Below are positions 25,495-35,861 of a DNA stretch of 64,000 nt, piece by piece (within the stretch, counting starts at the first letter, position 1; every line of letters begins with the position of its first letter). Position numbers and translations under genes: made by a program. A model generated the notes under the pieces. It saw only the letters and a program-made list of their open reading frames with translations, was not told where the DNA came from and ran no database searches. The stretch covers positions 5,697-69,696 of the forward strand of contig QCHK01000001.1 in NCBI GenBank assembly GCA_003279635.1, read 5' to 3'. Origin of the DNA: Prochlorococcus sp. AG-402-B05 (GTDB lineage: Bacteria > Cyanobacteriota > Cyanobacteriia > PCC-6307 > Cyanobiaceae).

Positions 25495-27000
25495 ATGCTG
25501 CATGTTCAAAAACTCCCCACTGGAATCGAGGGCTTTGATGATATATGTCATGGTGGATTGCCTAATGCGCGAAGCACTCTAGTCAGCGGAACATCAGGTA
25601 CTGGTAAAACAGTTTTTTCTTTGCAATATCTACATCATGGAATATGTAATTTTGATGAGCCTGGGATTTTTGTTACTTTTGAAGAATCGCCTCTAGATAT
25701 TATTCGAAACGCTGCAAGTTTTGGTTGGGATTTACAAGGGTTAATTGATCAAAATAAACTTTTTATTTTAGATGCATCTCCAGACCCAAATGGACAAGAT
25801 GTAGCAGGAAGTTTTGATTTATCTGGGTTAATTGAAAGGATAAGTTATGCGATTAGGAAGTTCAAAGCTAAGAGAGTAGCTATAGATTCAATGACAGCAG
25901 TTTTCCAACAATATGACGCTATTTATGTTGTTAGGAGAGAGATTTTTCGACTAATAGCAAGACTTAAAGAAATAGGTGTGACTACTGTTATGACCACTGA
26001 AAGAATAGATGAATATGGTCCAATTGCTAGATACGGAGTTGAAGAATTCGTTTCTGACAATGTTGTTATTTTGAGAAATGTTTTAGAGGCAGAGAAGAGG
26101 AGAAGAACGGTAGAAATTTTGAAATTAAGAGGTACTACACATATGAAGGGTGAATTCCCTTTTACGATGGGCCCCCAAGGAATAGTTGCATTCCCGTTAG
26201 GTGCAATGAGGTTGACTCAAAGATCATCCAATATTCGAATAAGTTCTGGTGTTCCCGATTTGGATGAAATGTGTGGAGGAGGATATTTTCAAGATTCAAT
26301 TATTCTTGCAACTGGTGCAACAGGTACCGGAAAAACAATGCTAGTTTCTAAGTTTGTTGAAGATGCATACTTAAATAAAGAAAGAACAATCCTTTTTGCA
26401 TATGAAGAATCAAGAGCACAACTTCTTCGAAATGCAACTAGCTGGGGGATTGATTTTGAAAAAATGGAAGCTGATGGATTATTGAAGATTATTTGTGCTT
26501 ATCCTGAATCAGCTGGCTTGGAAGATCATCTGCAAATTATAAAAACCGAGATTAGCGAATATAAACCATCCAGAATGGCAATAGACTCTCTATCCGCATT
26601 GGCTAGAGGTGTAAGCTTAAATGCATTTAGACAGTTTGTTATTGGAGTAACTGGTTATGCAAAACAAGAAGAAATAGCAGGATTCTTTACTAATACTGCA
26701 GAAGAATTCATGGGAAGCCACTCAATTACTGATTCCCATATTTCAACAATAACTGATACTATTTTGCTTTTGCAATATGTAGAAATAAGAGGTGAAATGG
26801 CAAGAGCAATAAATGTTTTTAAGATGCGTGGATCTTGGCATGATAAAAGGATACGCGAATATATCATTACTAATGAAGGACCCGAGATTAAGGACTCATT
26901 CTCTAACTTTGAACAGATATTTAGTGGTGCCCCTCATCGTATTAATTCTGAAGAGCAGATCCCTGGCGTTTTTAAAAGCATTAATCCAGAAGAAAGGTAA
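25495..27000 (+). CDS. kaiC: Circadian clock ATPase/autokinase KaiC
   Basis: Duplicated RecA-like halves with Walker A motifs GTSGTGKT and GATGTGKT. N-terminal IEGFDD. Confidence 0.95.
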   Translation: MLHVQKLPTGIEGFDDICHGGLPNARSTLVSGTSGTGKTVFSLQYLHHGICNFDEPGIFVTFEESPLDIIRNAASFGWDLQGLIDQNKLFILDASPDPNGQDVAGSFDLSGLIERISYAIRKFKAKRVAIDSMTAVFQQYDAIYVVRREIFRLIARLKEIGVTTVMTTERIDEYGPIARYGVEEFVSDNVVILRNVLEAEKRRRTVEILKLRGTTHMKGEFPFTMGPQGIVAFPLGAMRLTQRSSNIRISSGVPDLDEMCGGGYFQDSIILATGATGTGKTMLVSKFVEDAYLNKERTILFAYEESRAQLLRNATSWGIDFEKMEADGLLKIICAYPESAGLEDHLQIIKTEISEYKPSRMAIDSLSALARGVSLNAFRQFVIGVTGYAKQEEIAGFFTNTAEEFMGSHSITDSHISTITDTILLLQYVEIRGEMARAINVFKMRGSWHDKRIREYIITNEGPEIKDSFSNFEQIFSGAPHRINSEEQIPGVFKSINPEER

Positions 27001-27009
27001 GTAGTAACT

Positions 27010-29079
27010 CTATTTAATTAATGACTTATCATTTTCAAGTTCCCAATTTTTCCTCGCAGATTTTAATAACAGTTCATCATCGTCAGAGTCTTCAAGAGGA
27101 AGTTCAAACCAAAAAGTTGTTCCAGTATTTGGTTCACTTGCCATTCTTATCTCACTTCCGTGTTTATCAACTATCCCTTTAACTATTGACAGGCCAAGTC
27201 CAGTGCCCACTTCAGTATGTACTGAATCTTCAACTCTATAAAAACGGTCAAATATTCTTTGTTGATCAATTTCAGAAATTCCATATCCAGTATCAGAGAC
27301 CTCAACTCTAATTTTTGGCATCGGGGACAAAAATTCACAATGTGGAGCTTTATTATCTATGTCAACTGGCGAAGCAACGCATATATCGGGCCAAGTATAG
27401 GCTTTTAAATTTATTGTTCCTCCTTCTTGACTAAATTTCAGTGCATTACCAACAAGATTGTCAAAAACTTGAAGAAGCATATCCCAGTTACCTAAAACAA
27501 ATGTCAAATTATTTTCAACATTTAATATTAATTGCACATTCTTATCTTCGGCATTAAGTTTGTAGTTTCTTAGAGTTTGTTCCATAGCTTCTTTTATACT
27601 TAGTGATTCTAATTGGATTGTTCTTCCAGACTCCAACTTGGATAAGTCAAGAACATCATTTACCAAGCGAGTGAGTCTATCTGTTTCTGAATTTGCAACA
27701 CCTAGAAATTCTTTTTGCTCGTCTTTTGTAAGCTGTTCTCCTAGGTCATATAGGGTTTCAACATAGCTTTTAATGTTGAATAATGGCGTTCTTAGCTCAT
27801 GAGAAACATTGCTGATGAATCTTTTTTGTGCTGCGTTTAATTGGACTTCCCTAGTAAGATCTTGAACCGTAACAGCAATACCTTTTATATGCTCTCCAGT
27901 TGTGTCTCTGACAGACTTTAAAACTATACGAAGTGTTCTTGGTGGTTCTTCAAGATTGCAACGCAAGTCATCGCTGTCTCCGAAATTGTTCAATAAAGAT
28001 GTTATTGGTGTTTCAAGTTCTTTTACAAGAGAGTCAGGAAGTTGATTCAATAAATTTTGACCTTCAAGATTTCTCCCTTCCCAGCGAAAAAGTCTTCTAG
28101 CAGTTGGATTGACTAAGACAATATTTCCTTGTTCGTCAAGAAGAAGAGCTCCATCTGCCATTGTGGCTATTAAGGATTGCTGTTTGACTTGAGCAGCTTT
28201 TAATTCCTCAATATTTGCAGCATCATAGTCTTCTAATCTGGATGCCATTGCATTAAACCCAGTTAAAAGTTCCCCAAGTTCTCCACTTACAGGTAGATCT
28301 ACTCTTGACTTGAAATTACCTTTAGCAATTTCTCTGACTCCAATAACTAATTCTCTTATTGGACGAGTGATTGCTAGCGCATTAAATACTGCTCCAATTA
28401 TTACTAATACCCAAATAGAAATAAATACTGCAACTGTAATTTCTCTAGTTAATGCGGCTGTAGCAAGAGCTTTTTTATTCGGTGTTACTCCTAGAGCCAA
28501 GGTGCCTAGATATTCACCCTTCCAAAGCATTGGAACAAAAACATCAGTTACCTGGCCTTGTGGAGTTGAATGTTGTCTGACTAATGGAAATTGAGGTTGT
28601 TTTTTTAATTCACTTGGTAATGTAAGTTTTCTGGTTAGTTGCAAAGCACCTTCAGCATCAGATTCTGTAGCAGTTGCACTCACTGGAATACCTAATTTTA
28701 CAAACCCATCTGGGTCAGTGAAGAAAATGTATCTCAAGTTCCTACTTGAACGCCAAAACTTCTCAGCAACGTTGAAAAGTTCTCTTGTTTGATTCTTCGC
28801 TACTAATTCCGTAACGTTTCCAGACAATAATAATCCTAAATCTCTGGCATATCTTGTATCATTCATGCCAGCATCTTTTTGAATACTACTTAAAGCAAAA
28901 AACGTAATAAGTGTCATTATGAAACTAACTACTAGCGTTCCAAATGCTAGTAATTTAGATCTTAAATTAAATCTAGACCACCATAAATTTATTTTTTCTG
29001 ATATGGTTAAATCGTCTAGTATTAGATCATCTTGTGACGTTATAAAGGTTTTATTCTGATTTGAATTTGTATTATTCAT
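27010..29079 (-). CDS. nblS: Membrane sensor histidine kinase (2 TM-HAMP-PAS-HisKA-HATPase), NblS/Hik33 type
   Basis: H-box SHELRTPL and G-boxes DTGYGI / GTGLGLSIV. HAMP follows TM2, then a PAS region. ATG at 29079 preferred over TTG at 29106. Confidence 0.8.
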   Translation of the reverse strand: MNNTNSNQNKTFITSQDDLILDDLTISEKINLWWSRFNLRSKLLAFGTLVVSFIMTLITFFALSSIQKDAGMNDTRYARDLGLLLSGNVTELVAKNQTRELFNVAEKFWRSSRNLRYIFFTDPDGFVKLGIPVSATATESDAEGALQLTRKLTLPSELKKQPQFPLVRQHSTPQGQVTDVFVPMLWKGEYLGTLALGVTPNKKALATAALTREITVAVFISIWVLVIIGAVFNALAITRPIRELVIGVREIAKGNFKSRVDLPVSGELGELLTGFNAMASRLEDYDAANIEELKAAQVKQQSLIATMADGALLLDEQGNIVLVNPTARRLFRWEGRNLEGQNLLNQLPDSLVKELETPITSLLNNFGDSDDLRCNLEEPPRTLRIVLKSVRDTTGEHIKGIAVTVQDLTREVQLNAAQKRFISNVSHELRTPLFNIKSYVETLYDLGEQLTKDEQKEFLGVANSETDRLTRLVNDVLDLSKLESGRTIQLESLSIKEAMEQTLRNYKLNAEDKNVQLILNVENNLTFVLGNWDMLLQVFDNLVGNALKFSQEGGTINLKAYTWPDICVASPVDIDNKAPHCEFLSPMPKIRVEVSDTGYGISEIDQQRIFDRFYRVEDSVHTEVGTGLGLSIVKGIVDKHGSEIRMASEPNTGTTFWFELPLEDSDDDELLLKSARKNWELENDKSLIK

Positions 29080-29102
29080 GTAATATAATGATATAAATTT
29101 TT

Positions 29103-30407
29103 TCAAATATTTCTAACTTGGTAACCTATATCTTCACGGAAATGCATGCCATTAAATTTGATTTTTTTTAGGTTAGAGTAGGCTAAATCGAAAGCTTTGT
29201 CGAAACTTTCTCCCTGTGTAACTACTGAAAGAACTCTTCCACCTGAGGTGATTATATTGTCAAATTTGTCGATTGTGGTGCCTGCGTGAAAAATTTGGAG
29301 TGAAGAATTTGATTCAACATTGATCTCAATCTTGTCACCTTTTTGTGGGTTTTCAGGATATCCCTTAGACGCGGCAACTATACAAGCACTGCATTCAGAG
29401 TTAAATGTAAGTTTTGGTGCATTTTTAATCTCTCCTCGAGCGCAAGCAAAAAGGACAGGAGCAAATTCCTCTCCCATTAAGGGCATTAAAGCTTGACATT
29501 CTGGATCGCCAAAGCGGCAATTAAATTCAATAACTTTTGGCCCTGATGATGTAAGCATTAAACCTGCATAAATGACGCCGATATAATTGATATTCTTCTT
29601 TTTTAAACCTTTTAAAGTTGGTATGAGAACTTGTTCAGTTAAGGCCTTAAGATCTTGTTCATTAATTAAAAGTGCAGGTGCATAAGCTCCCATTCCGCCA
29701 GTATTTGGACCATTGTCTCCATCAAGTAATCTTTTGTGATCTTGGGCTGGAGGAAGAACAATTAATTTCTCTCCATCACAAAGGGCAAAAATAGAAACTT
29801 CTGGTCCTTCAATTTTTTCTTCGAGAATAACTTTATTTCCTGCAGAGCCAAACTTTCCAGAAAATATGTCCTTAATTGCTTCCTTAGATTCCTCAATGGT
29901 TTCACAAACAGTGACTCCTTTCCCTGCTGCAAGACCATCTGCTTTGACAACAAGAGGTTGGTTAAATTTTCTAAGAATTTCTAGTGCTTCTTCTTTTGAT
30001 TTTGCAGTCCAGTAATTGGCTGTAGGAATATTGTTCTCTACCATCAGAGCCTTAGACCAGTCTTTACTTGCCTCTAATTGAGCACCATCTTTTCCTGGGC
30101 CAAAAACTGTTAATCCTGCCTCTCGCATTTTATTTGCCAGGCCATTAGCTAGTGGGACTTCAGGACCAATGATGACTAAATTAATTTCAAGTCGCTGACA
30201 CTCATCAATGATTGTTTTTTCATCTTCGGATTTAGGTTTTAGGCAACTACATTTTTCAAAGTTGGCGGTCCCACCATTGCCAGGACAAACATATATTTGT
30301 TCAATAGATTGATTTTTAGATATAGCCCAAGCAATGGAGTTTTCTCTGCCTCCGCTTCCAACAATTAATATCCTTTTTAATTCTTCAGCTTTTTGATTCT
30401 TTTTCAT
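29103..30407 (-). CDS. purD: Phosphoribosylamine--glycine ligase
   Basis: ILIVGSGGRENSIAW, ATP-grasp core, and GGMGAYAP. Confidence 0.95.
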   Translation of the reverse strand: MKKNQKAEELKRILIVGSGGRENSIAWAISKNQSIEQIYVCPGNGGTANFEKCSCLKPKSEDEKTIIDECQRLEINLVIIGPEVPLANGLANKMREAGLTVFGPGKDGAQLEASKDWSKALMVENNIPTANYWTAKSKEEALEILRKFNQPLVVKADGLAAGKGVTVCETIEESKEAIKDIFSGKFGSAGNKVILEEKIEGPEVSIFALCDGEKLIVLPPAQDHKRLLDGDNGPNTGGMGAYAPALLINEQDLKALTEQVLIPTLKGLKKKNINYIGVIYAGLMLTSSGPKVIEFNCRFGDPECQALMPLMGEEFAPVLFACARGEIKNAPKLTFNSECSACIVAASKGYPENPQKGDKIEINVESNSSLQIFHAGTTIDKFDNIITSGGRVLSVVTQGESFDKAFDLAYSNLKKIKFNGMHFREDIGYQVRNI

Positions 30408-30596
30408 GATGTTACTTTTGATTAAATAAAAAAATAGTTTTTAAGGACTTTAATTACCGTTTGATTAATTAGTTAATACATTGCTTGGAGGATAATTATT
30501 TACTTGTTTAGAGTTTAGGCTTTAAATAAATTTGTCTTGATTGAGGTGATTTTTTTAGCATTGACTATTTATACTAACCAAATATCAGAGGTATTA

Positions 30597-31340
30597 ATGA
30601 ATCATATCCAAGGATCACTAATTCATGAAGGCAAAGCAAAAAGAGTTTTTGCGTGTGAAAATCCAAATAGGGTTTTAATAGAATTCAAAAATGATGCTAC
30701 AGCTTTTAATGCAAAAAAACGATCAGAGATAGACGGTAAAGGGCGATTGAATTGCAAAATTTCTGCGGCACTTTTTAAATTGCTTGAATTGAATGGAATC
30801 CCAACACACTTTTTAGAACTTCAATCAGAAACATTCATGATTGCGGATAAAATTAATGTGATCCCTTTAGAAGTTGTTATTCGCAACATTGCTACAGGTT
30901 CACTATGTAGAGAAACACCGATCAATCAAGGAACAATATTAAACCCTCCACTCCTCGATTATTATTATAAAGATGATGAATTAGGAGATCCTATACTTAC
31001 AGAAAAAAGATTAAAACTGCTTGACTTGATTAGTACTTCGCAGATAGAAGAAGTAGAGACAATTACTAGATCTGTAAATAAAATTTTAAAAGAATATTTT
31101 GACGATCTTGATTTATTATTGGTTGACTTTAAATTAGAGTTCGGTTTTAACTCTTTAGGCAAGATTGTGATTGCTGATGAAATAAGTCCAGATAATTGTA
31201 GGTTTTGGGATAAAACAAATTCTGATCCTAAGGGACGTATCCTTGACAAAGACCGCTTTCGGCAAGATCTTGGAGGGGTGATAGATGCTTATGAGGAGAT
31301 TTTGAAACGTATTGAGAAAGACTCTTCTAATGCTTCTTAA
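30597..31340 (+). CDS. purC: Phosphoribosylaminoimidazole-succinocarboxamide synthase
   Basis: EGKAKRVF and LVDFKLEFG motifs. ATG at 30597 preferred over the track start at 30537. Confidence 0.9.
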   Translation: MNHIQGSLIHEGKAKRVFACENPNRVLIEFKNDATAFNAKKRSEIDGKGRLNCKISAALFKLLELNGIPTHFLELQSETFMIADKINVIPLEVVIRNIATGSLCRETPINQGTILNPPLLDYYYKDDELGDPILTEKRLKLLDLISTSQIEEVETITRSVNKILKEYFDDLDLLLVDFKLEFGFNSLGKIVIADEISPDNCRFWDKTNSDPKGRILDKDRFRQDLGGVIDAYEEILKRIEKDSSNAS

Positions 31341-31385
31341 GCAAATTGTTCTTAGCCAATGATTCCTTCATTTAATTGAATTGCT

Positions 31386-33686
31386 TTGAAATTTATGTTC
31401 AAAAAACAGTCTTGTTCTAATAGAAAATTAATAAGCAAAAGTGCATATGCAATTGCTTTTGTATTCCCTTTTATTAGTCTTTTTGGAGAGACTAAAGCTT
31501 CAAAAATAGTCTCAAGTGAAAATCAATTTTTTGTTCAAAATAAGCAGATTAAAAGTTTGCAATTTACTGATCAATTAAATCATAATAAATTTAATTTAAA
31601 TTTTGATGATTTTTTGATTTCTGAGGGGGTAAATCAAAAAGATGAAAATACTGATATTGAAGAAAAAAGAGTATTAATTTCAGGTATTCTTATTGAGGGA
31701 CTTGAAGATCATCCTGACAAAGAGCGCTTGGAAGTTATTGCTTATGATGCAATGTTAATTAGACCTGGTAGTAAAGTTACAAGTGAAGATGTTAAGAAGG
31801 ATTTAGATCGAATTTATTCAACAGGCTGGTTCTCCAGTGCAAAAATCGAGTCTTTGCAGAGTTCTCTAGGAATTCAACTTCTGATTAAGGTTGAACCTAA
31901 TCCAATATTAAATAAGATAAGTATATTTCCGCTTGAGAGAAAACTATCAAATTCAAAATTAAATGAGATTTTTAATAATGATTATGGAAAGACCTTAAAT
32001 CTCAATACTCTACAAATAAGGATTAAAGATATTAAGGATTGGTATAGTAGTCAAGGATACTCGTTGACAAGAATATTTGGTCCCAGTCGTGTAACTAAAG
32101 AAGGCAGAGTTGAACTTAATATTCAAGAAGGATATATTGCTGGCATTCAGATAAATTTTATAGATGAAGATGGAAATACAGAAGATGAAAAAGGTAAGTT
32201 AATAAAAGGAAAAACAAAGAAATGGGTAATTGAAAGAGAATTAATTACTAAAGTTGGAGATATTTTTAATAGAAACAAATTAGAATCAGATATTAAAAGA
32301 TTATACTCAACGTCACTTTTTAATGATGTTAAAGTAACTCTTAAACCAGTAAGTTCTGAGCCTGGAAAGGTTATAGTTTCACTAGGAATAACAGAGCAAA
32401 GGACAGGTTCATTAACTGGAGGACTTGGTTATAGCGGAGGACAAGGTGTCTTTGGACAGATAGGATTGCAAGAGTCAAATTTGGTAGGGAGAGCATGGTC
32501 ATCAAATATGAATTTGACTTATGGGGAATATGGAGCTCTCCTAAATCTTTCTTTATACGATCCCTGGATTAAAAATGATAAATATAGAACATCTTTAAGA
32601 ACTTCATTATATTTAAGTAGAGAAGTTCCTCAAGAATTTAGAAGTGTAGATGGCGGAAGTATTCGAGGAGTTACAGATAGATATGAAGCATCTAATTCTG
32701 AATATAGTTACGATATTAATGAATCTCACGATTTAAATAATAATGGGACTTTAATTGGATCATTTAATGATCTTTCTTCAGCTCAGTCGACGGCACCACA
32801 GTTTAGCTGGTTTGATTATGAAGGCGATTCTATTGTCTTAGAGCGAACAGGAGGTGGCTTCTCTTTCGCACGACCTTTCAATGGTGGTCAGCCTCTGAAA
32901 AAGGTTCCTTGGAGTGTACTTATTGGTGCAAACTTCCAGAAAGTTAAGCCAATAGACTATGCCGGAGATAAAAGACCTTATGGCGTAGGATCAACAAATT
33001 TTATAGACGGTGAAGTTCCTGAGAATGAAGTTATTTGTGTTGCATACAATTGCGCTAATGAAAATACATTAGTTAGTTTTAAAAGTGCAGTTACTTACAA
33101 TAATTTAGATAATTCAAGAAATCCAACCTCTGGAGATTATTTAAATATTGGTTCTGAGCAATTTATTAGTTTAGGTGAGAATTCACCGACTTTTAATAGA
33201 ACTCGGGTTAGTTATTCTCGTTTTTATCCTGTTAATTGGCTGAAGTTTCATAAGGGTTGTCGCCCCAAGCCTGGTGAAAAATCAGATTGCTCACAATCGA
33301 TAGGTTTTCAAGCAAAAATTGGAACAATTATTGGGGATTTACCACCTTATGAAGCATTTTGCTTGGGAGGAGCCAGTTCCGTTCGAGGTTGGAACTCTTG
33401 TGATCTAGGCGTCGCAAGAAATTTTGGAGAGGCAACAGGAGAATATAGATTTCCTATTTGGCGATTAGTTTCGGGAGTCCTATTTGTTGATGCAGGGTCT
33501 GATTTTGGTTCTCAATCAAATGTCCCAGGGAAGCCTGGAAAAATCCTAGAAAAACCAGGATCTGGTTTTTCTGTTGGACCTGGAGCAGTTGTTAATACAC
33601 CTGTGGGCCCAATTCGTATTGAGGCGGCGACTCAAGATTTCAGTGGTAACTGGCGCTATAACATAGGAATTGGCTGGAAATTCTAG
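31386..33686 (+). CDS. bamA: Omp85/BamA-family outer-membrane protein assembly factor
   Basis: 766 aa with a signal peptide, POTRA repeats and a C-terminal beta-barrel ending ...GIGWKF. Confidence 0.85.
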   Translation: MKFMFKKQSCSNRKLISKSAYAIAFVFPFISLFGETKASKIVSSENQFFVQNKQIKSLQFTDQLNHNKFNLNFDDFLISEGVNQKDENTDIEEKRVLISGILIEGLEDHPDKERLEVIAYDAMLIRPGSKVTSEDVKKDLDRIYSTGWFSSAKIESLQSSLGIQLLIKVEPNPILNKISIFPLERKLSNSKLNEIFNNDYGKTLNLNTLQIRIKDIKDWYSSQGYSLTRIFGPSRVTKEGRVELNIQEGYIAGIQINFIDEDGNTEDEKGKLIKGKTKKWVIERELITKVGDIFNRNKLESDIKRLYSTSLFNDVKVTLKPVSSEPGKVIVSLGITEQRTGSLTGGLGYSGGQGVFGQIGLQESNLVGRAWSSNMNLTYGEYGALLNLSLYDPWIKNDKYRTSLRTSLYLSREVPQEFRSVDGGSIRGVTDRYEASNSEYSYDINESHDLNNNGTLIGSFNDLSSAQSTAPQFSWFDYEGDSIVLERTGGGFSFARPFNGGQPLKKVPWSVLIGANFQKVKPIDYAGDKRPYGVGSTNFIDGEVPENEVICVAYNCANENTLVSFKSAVTYNNLDNSRNPTSGDYLNIGSEQFISLGENSPTFNRTRVSYSRFYPVNWLKFHKGCRPKPGEKSDCSQSIGFQAKIGTIIGDLPPYEAFCLGGASSVRGWNSCDLGVARNFGEATGEYRFPIWRLVSGVLFVDAGSDFGSQSNVPGKPGKILEKPGSGFSVGPGAVVNTPVGPIRIEAATQDFSGNWRYNIGIGWKF

Positions 33687-34531
33687 TGTTTTCCTTCCCC
33701 AATGACTATGAAGAAGGTTGGACGCTTCAAAATGAAATTAAAAAAGATGGTATTGGATTGCATACAGGTCTTAAATGCACAGTCATCATTAAGCCAACAG
33801 AATTAACTGGATTTCATATCTCTTTTTCAAATGAACCTAGTAAAGTTACCCTCATCGATATTTCGCAAGTAAGGAATACTCCTTTATGCACAACTCTTGA
33901 TTTGAATGGAAAAAAAGTATCTACCGTTGAACACTTGTTGGCTTCATTACTTGGAGCAGGCTTAACTCATGCACATATAGAAATAACTGGCAGTGAGATT
34001 CCCTTGCTTGATGGATCTGGTATTGGTTGGATCGAGGAAATTCAAAATGTAGGAATGGTTAATTCTATTACATCTCCTAAGCCAAGGCCGGAACTCAAAT
34101 CTCCTATTTTTGTCAACAAAGGAGAAAGTGTGATTTTTGCAATACCATCAAAAAAATTGAAATTAGTAGGTTTGATTGATTTCCCTTATAAGGCAATTGG
34201 ACAGCAAATGTTTTCTATTGAGCTGTCTCCAAATAATTTTGTTAAAGAAATTGCACCTGCACGAACTTTTGGCTTTCTTGATCAGTTAGAAGAATTAAAG
34301 AAAGCTGGTCTAATTAAAGGTGGAGCTCTTGAAAATGCGTTGGTTTGTAACGGTGATTCTTGGGTGAATCCACCCTTGAGATTTGCAAACGAACCAGTGC
34401 GTCATAAATTGCTTGACTTGATTGGAGATTTAGCTTTTGTTGGATTACCGAAAGCGCAAATTTTTGTTTATAAAGGGTCTCATGCTCTTCATGCTGAATT
34501 TGCAGCTTCTCTTCAAAGGGTATTAACTTAA
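33686..34531 (+). CDS. lpxC: UDP-3-O-acyl-N-acetylglucosamine deacetylase
   Basis: GIGLHTG and TVEHLLASL motifs. GTG start overlaps the bamA stop by 1 nt. Confidence 0.9.
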   Translation: MFSFPNDYEEGWTLQNEIKKDGIGLHTGLKCTVIIKPTELTGFHISFSNEPSKVTLIDISQVRNTPLCTTLDLNGKKVSTVEHLLASLLGAGLTHAHIEITGSEIPLLDGSGIGWIEEIQNVGMVNSITSPKPRPELKSPIFVNKGESVIFAIPSKKLKLVGLIDFPYKAIGQQMFSIELSPNNFVKEIAPARTFGFLDQLEELKKAGLIKGGALENALVCNGDSWVNPPLRFANEPVRHKLLDLIGDLAFVGLPKAQIFVYKGSHALHAEFAASLQRVLT

Positions 34532-34543
34532 TTAAATCTGATT

Positions 34544-35002
34544 TTGACTGAAATTTCTCCTTCCCAACCTCTTGTTTTAAATAGCGAGCAAATAATGGGG
34601 CTTTTGCCACATAGATATCCCTTTGCGCTTGTTGACAGAGTGATAGAACATGATCAAGGCAAGAAAGCTGTGGCAATAAAAAATGTCACTCTTAATGAGC
34701 CGCAATTTCAAGGCCATTTCCCTGGTAGACCACTAATGCCAGGAGTTTTAATAGTAGAAGCAATGGCTCAGGTAGCTGGTTTGATTGTTTCTCAAATGCC
34801 AGATCTTCCAAAAGGGCTTTTTGTGTTCGCTGGGATTGATTCGGTTCGGTTTAGGCGTCCAGTGGTCCCAGGAGATCAATTATTGATATCTTGTGAGTTG
34901 ATAAGCATAAAAAGAAAGAGATTTGGGAAAGTCAAGGGAGAAGCAAAAGTGGATGGCAAGTTGGTTTGTTCCGGAGATTTGATGTTCTCTCTTGTGGATT
35001 GA
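34544..35002 (+). CDS. fabZ: 3-hydroxyacyl-ACP dehydratase
   Basis: [13 protein letters not shown] and [15 protein letters not shown]. Confidence 0.9.
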   Translation: MTEISPSQPLVLNSEQIMGLLPHRYPFALVDRVIEHDQGKKAVAIKNVTLNEPQFQGHFPGRPLMPGVLIVEAMAQVAGLIVSQMPDLPKGLFVFAGIDSVRFRRPVVPGDQLLISCELISIKRKRFGKVKGEAKVDGKLVCSGDLMFSLVD

Positions 35003-35006
35003 ATTG

Positions 35007-35861
35007 ATGAGTGAAACTCAATCTTCTGAAAGCTTAATTGCAGATAACAAAGTAAATATTCATGAATTTGCAGACGTCTCTCCCAAAGCTGAACTTGGCA
35101 GAGGTGTATGTGTTGGTTCAGGCTCTGTTATTGGTCCAGATGTGATCGTTGGTCCTAATACTTGGATAGGAGCAAATGTAATTATCGAGGGGAAAGTAAA
35201 AATAGGATCTAATAATAAGATTTTCCCAGGAGCATGTATTGGATTAGAACCCCAAGATTTGAAGTATGGAGGAGATCCTACTAATGTTTTAATTGGAGAC
35301 AATAATACTTTTAGAGAATGTGTAACTATTAATAGGGCCACCTTTGAAGGGGAGAAAACTATAGTTGGGAATCAGAATTTGTTAATGGCTTATTCACATT
35401 TAGGACATAATTGTGATATCGGAAACAGTGTAGTTATAGCTAATAGCGTGCAGATTGCAGGTCACGTTGTTGTTGAAGATAGAGCTGTTATTGGAGGTTG
35501 CTTGGGGATACATCAATTTGTTCATATTGGTTATTTAGCTATGGTTGGAGGTATGACAAGAGTTGATAGAGATGTTCCTCCATTTTGCTTAGTGGAAGGA
35601 CATCCAGGAAGAATGCGGGGACTAAATAAAGTTGGGATTAAAAGGCACACTTTAGATAAAGAGAATAAAGAAGAATATCTACAATTGAAAAGAATTTGGA
35701 ACTTATTGTTTAAATCTGAATATGTAATTGCTGATGGTTTAAAAATGGCAAGACAAGAAAATTTGTTAGAATCTTCCGCAAGATTCTGTGGATTTATAGA
35801 ACTCTCTATTGGAAAAGGTAGAAGAGGTCCAATGCCTTATTTTATACCAACTAATAAATAA
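35007..35861 (+). CDS. lpxA: Acyl-ACP--UDP-N-acetylglucosamine O-acyltransferase
   Basis: Left-handed beta-helix hexapeptide repeats over about 180 aa plus a C-terminal helical domain. Confidence 0.9.
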   Translation: MSETQSSESLIADNKVNIHEFADVSPKAELGRGVCVGSGSVIGPDVIVGPNTWIGANVIIEGKVKIGSNNKIFPGACIGLEPQDLKYGGDPTNVLIGDNNTFRECVTINRATFEGEKTIVGNQNLLMAYSHLGHNCDIGNSVVIANSVQIAGHVVVEDRAVIGGCLGIHQFVHIGYLAMVGGMTRVDRDVPPFCLVEGHPGRMRGLNKVGIKRHTLDKENKEEYLQLKRIWNLLFKSEYVIADGLKMARQENLLESSARFCGFIELSIGKGRRGPMPYFIPTNK

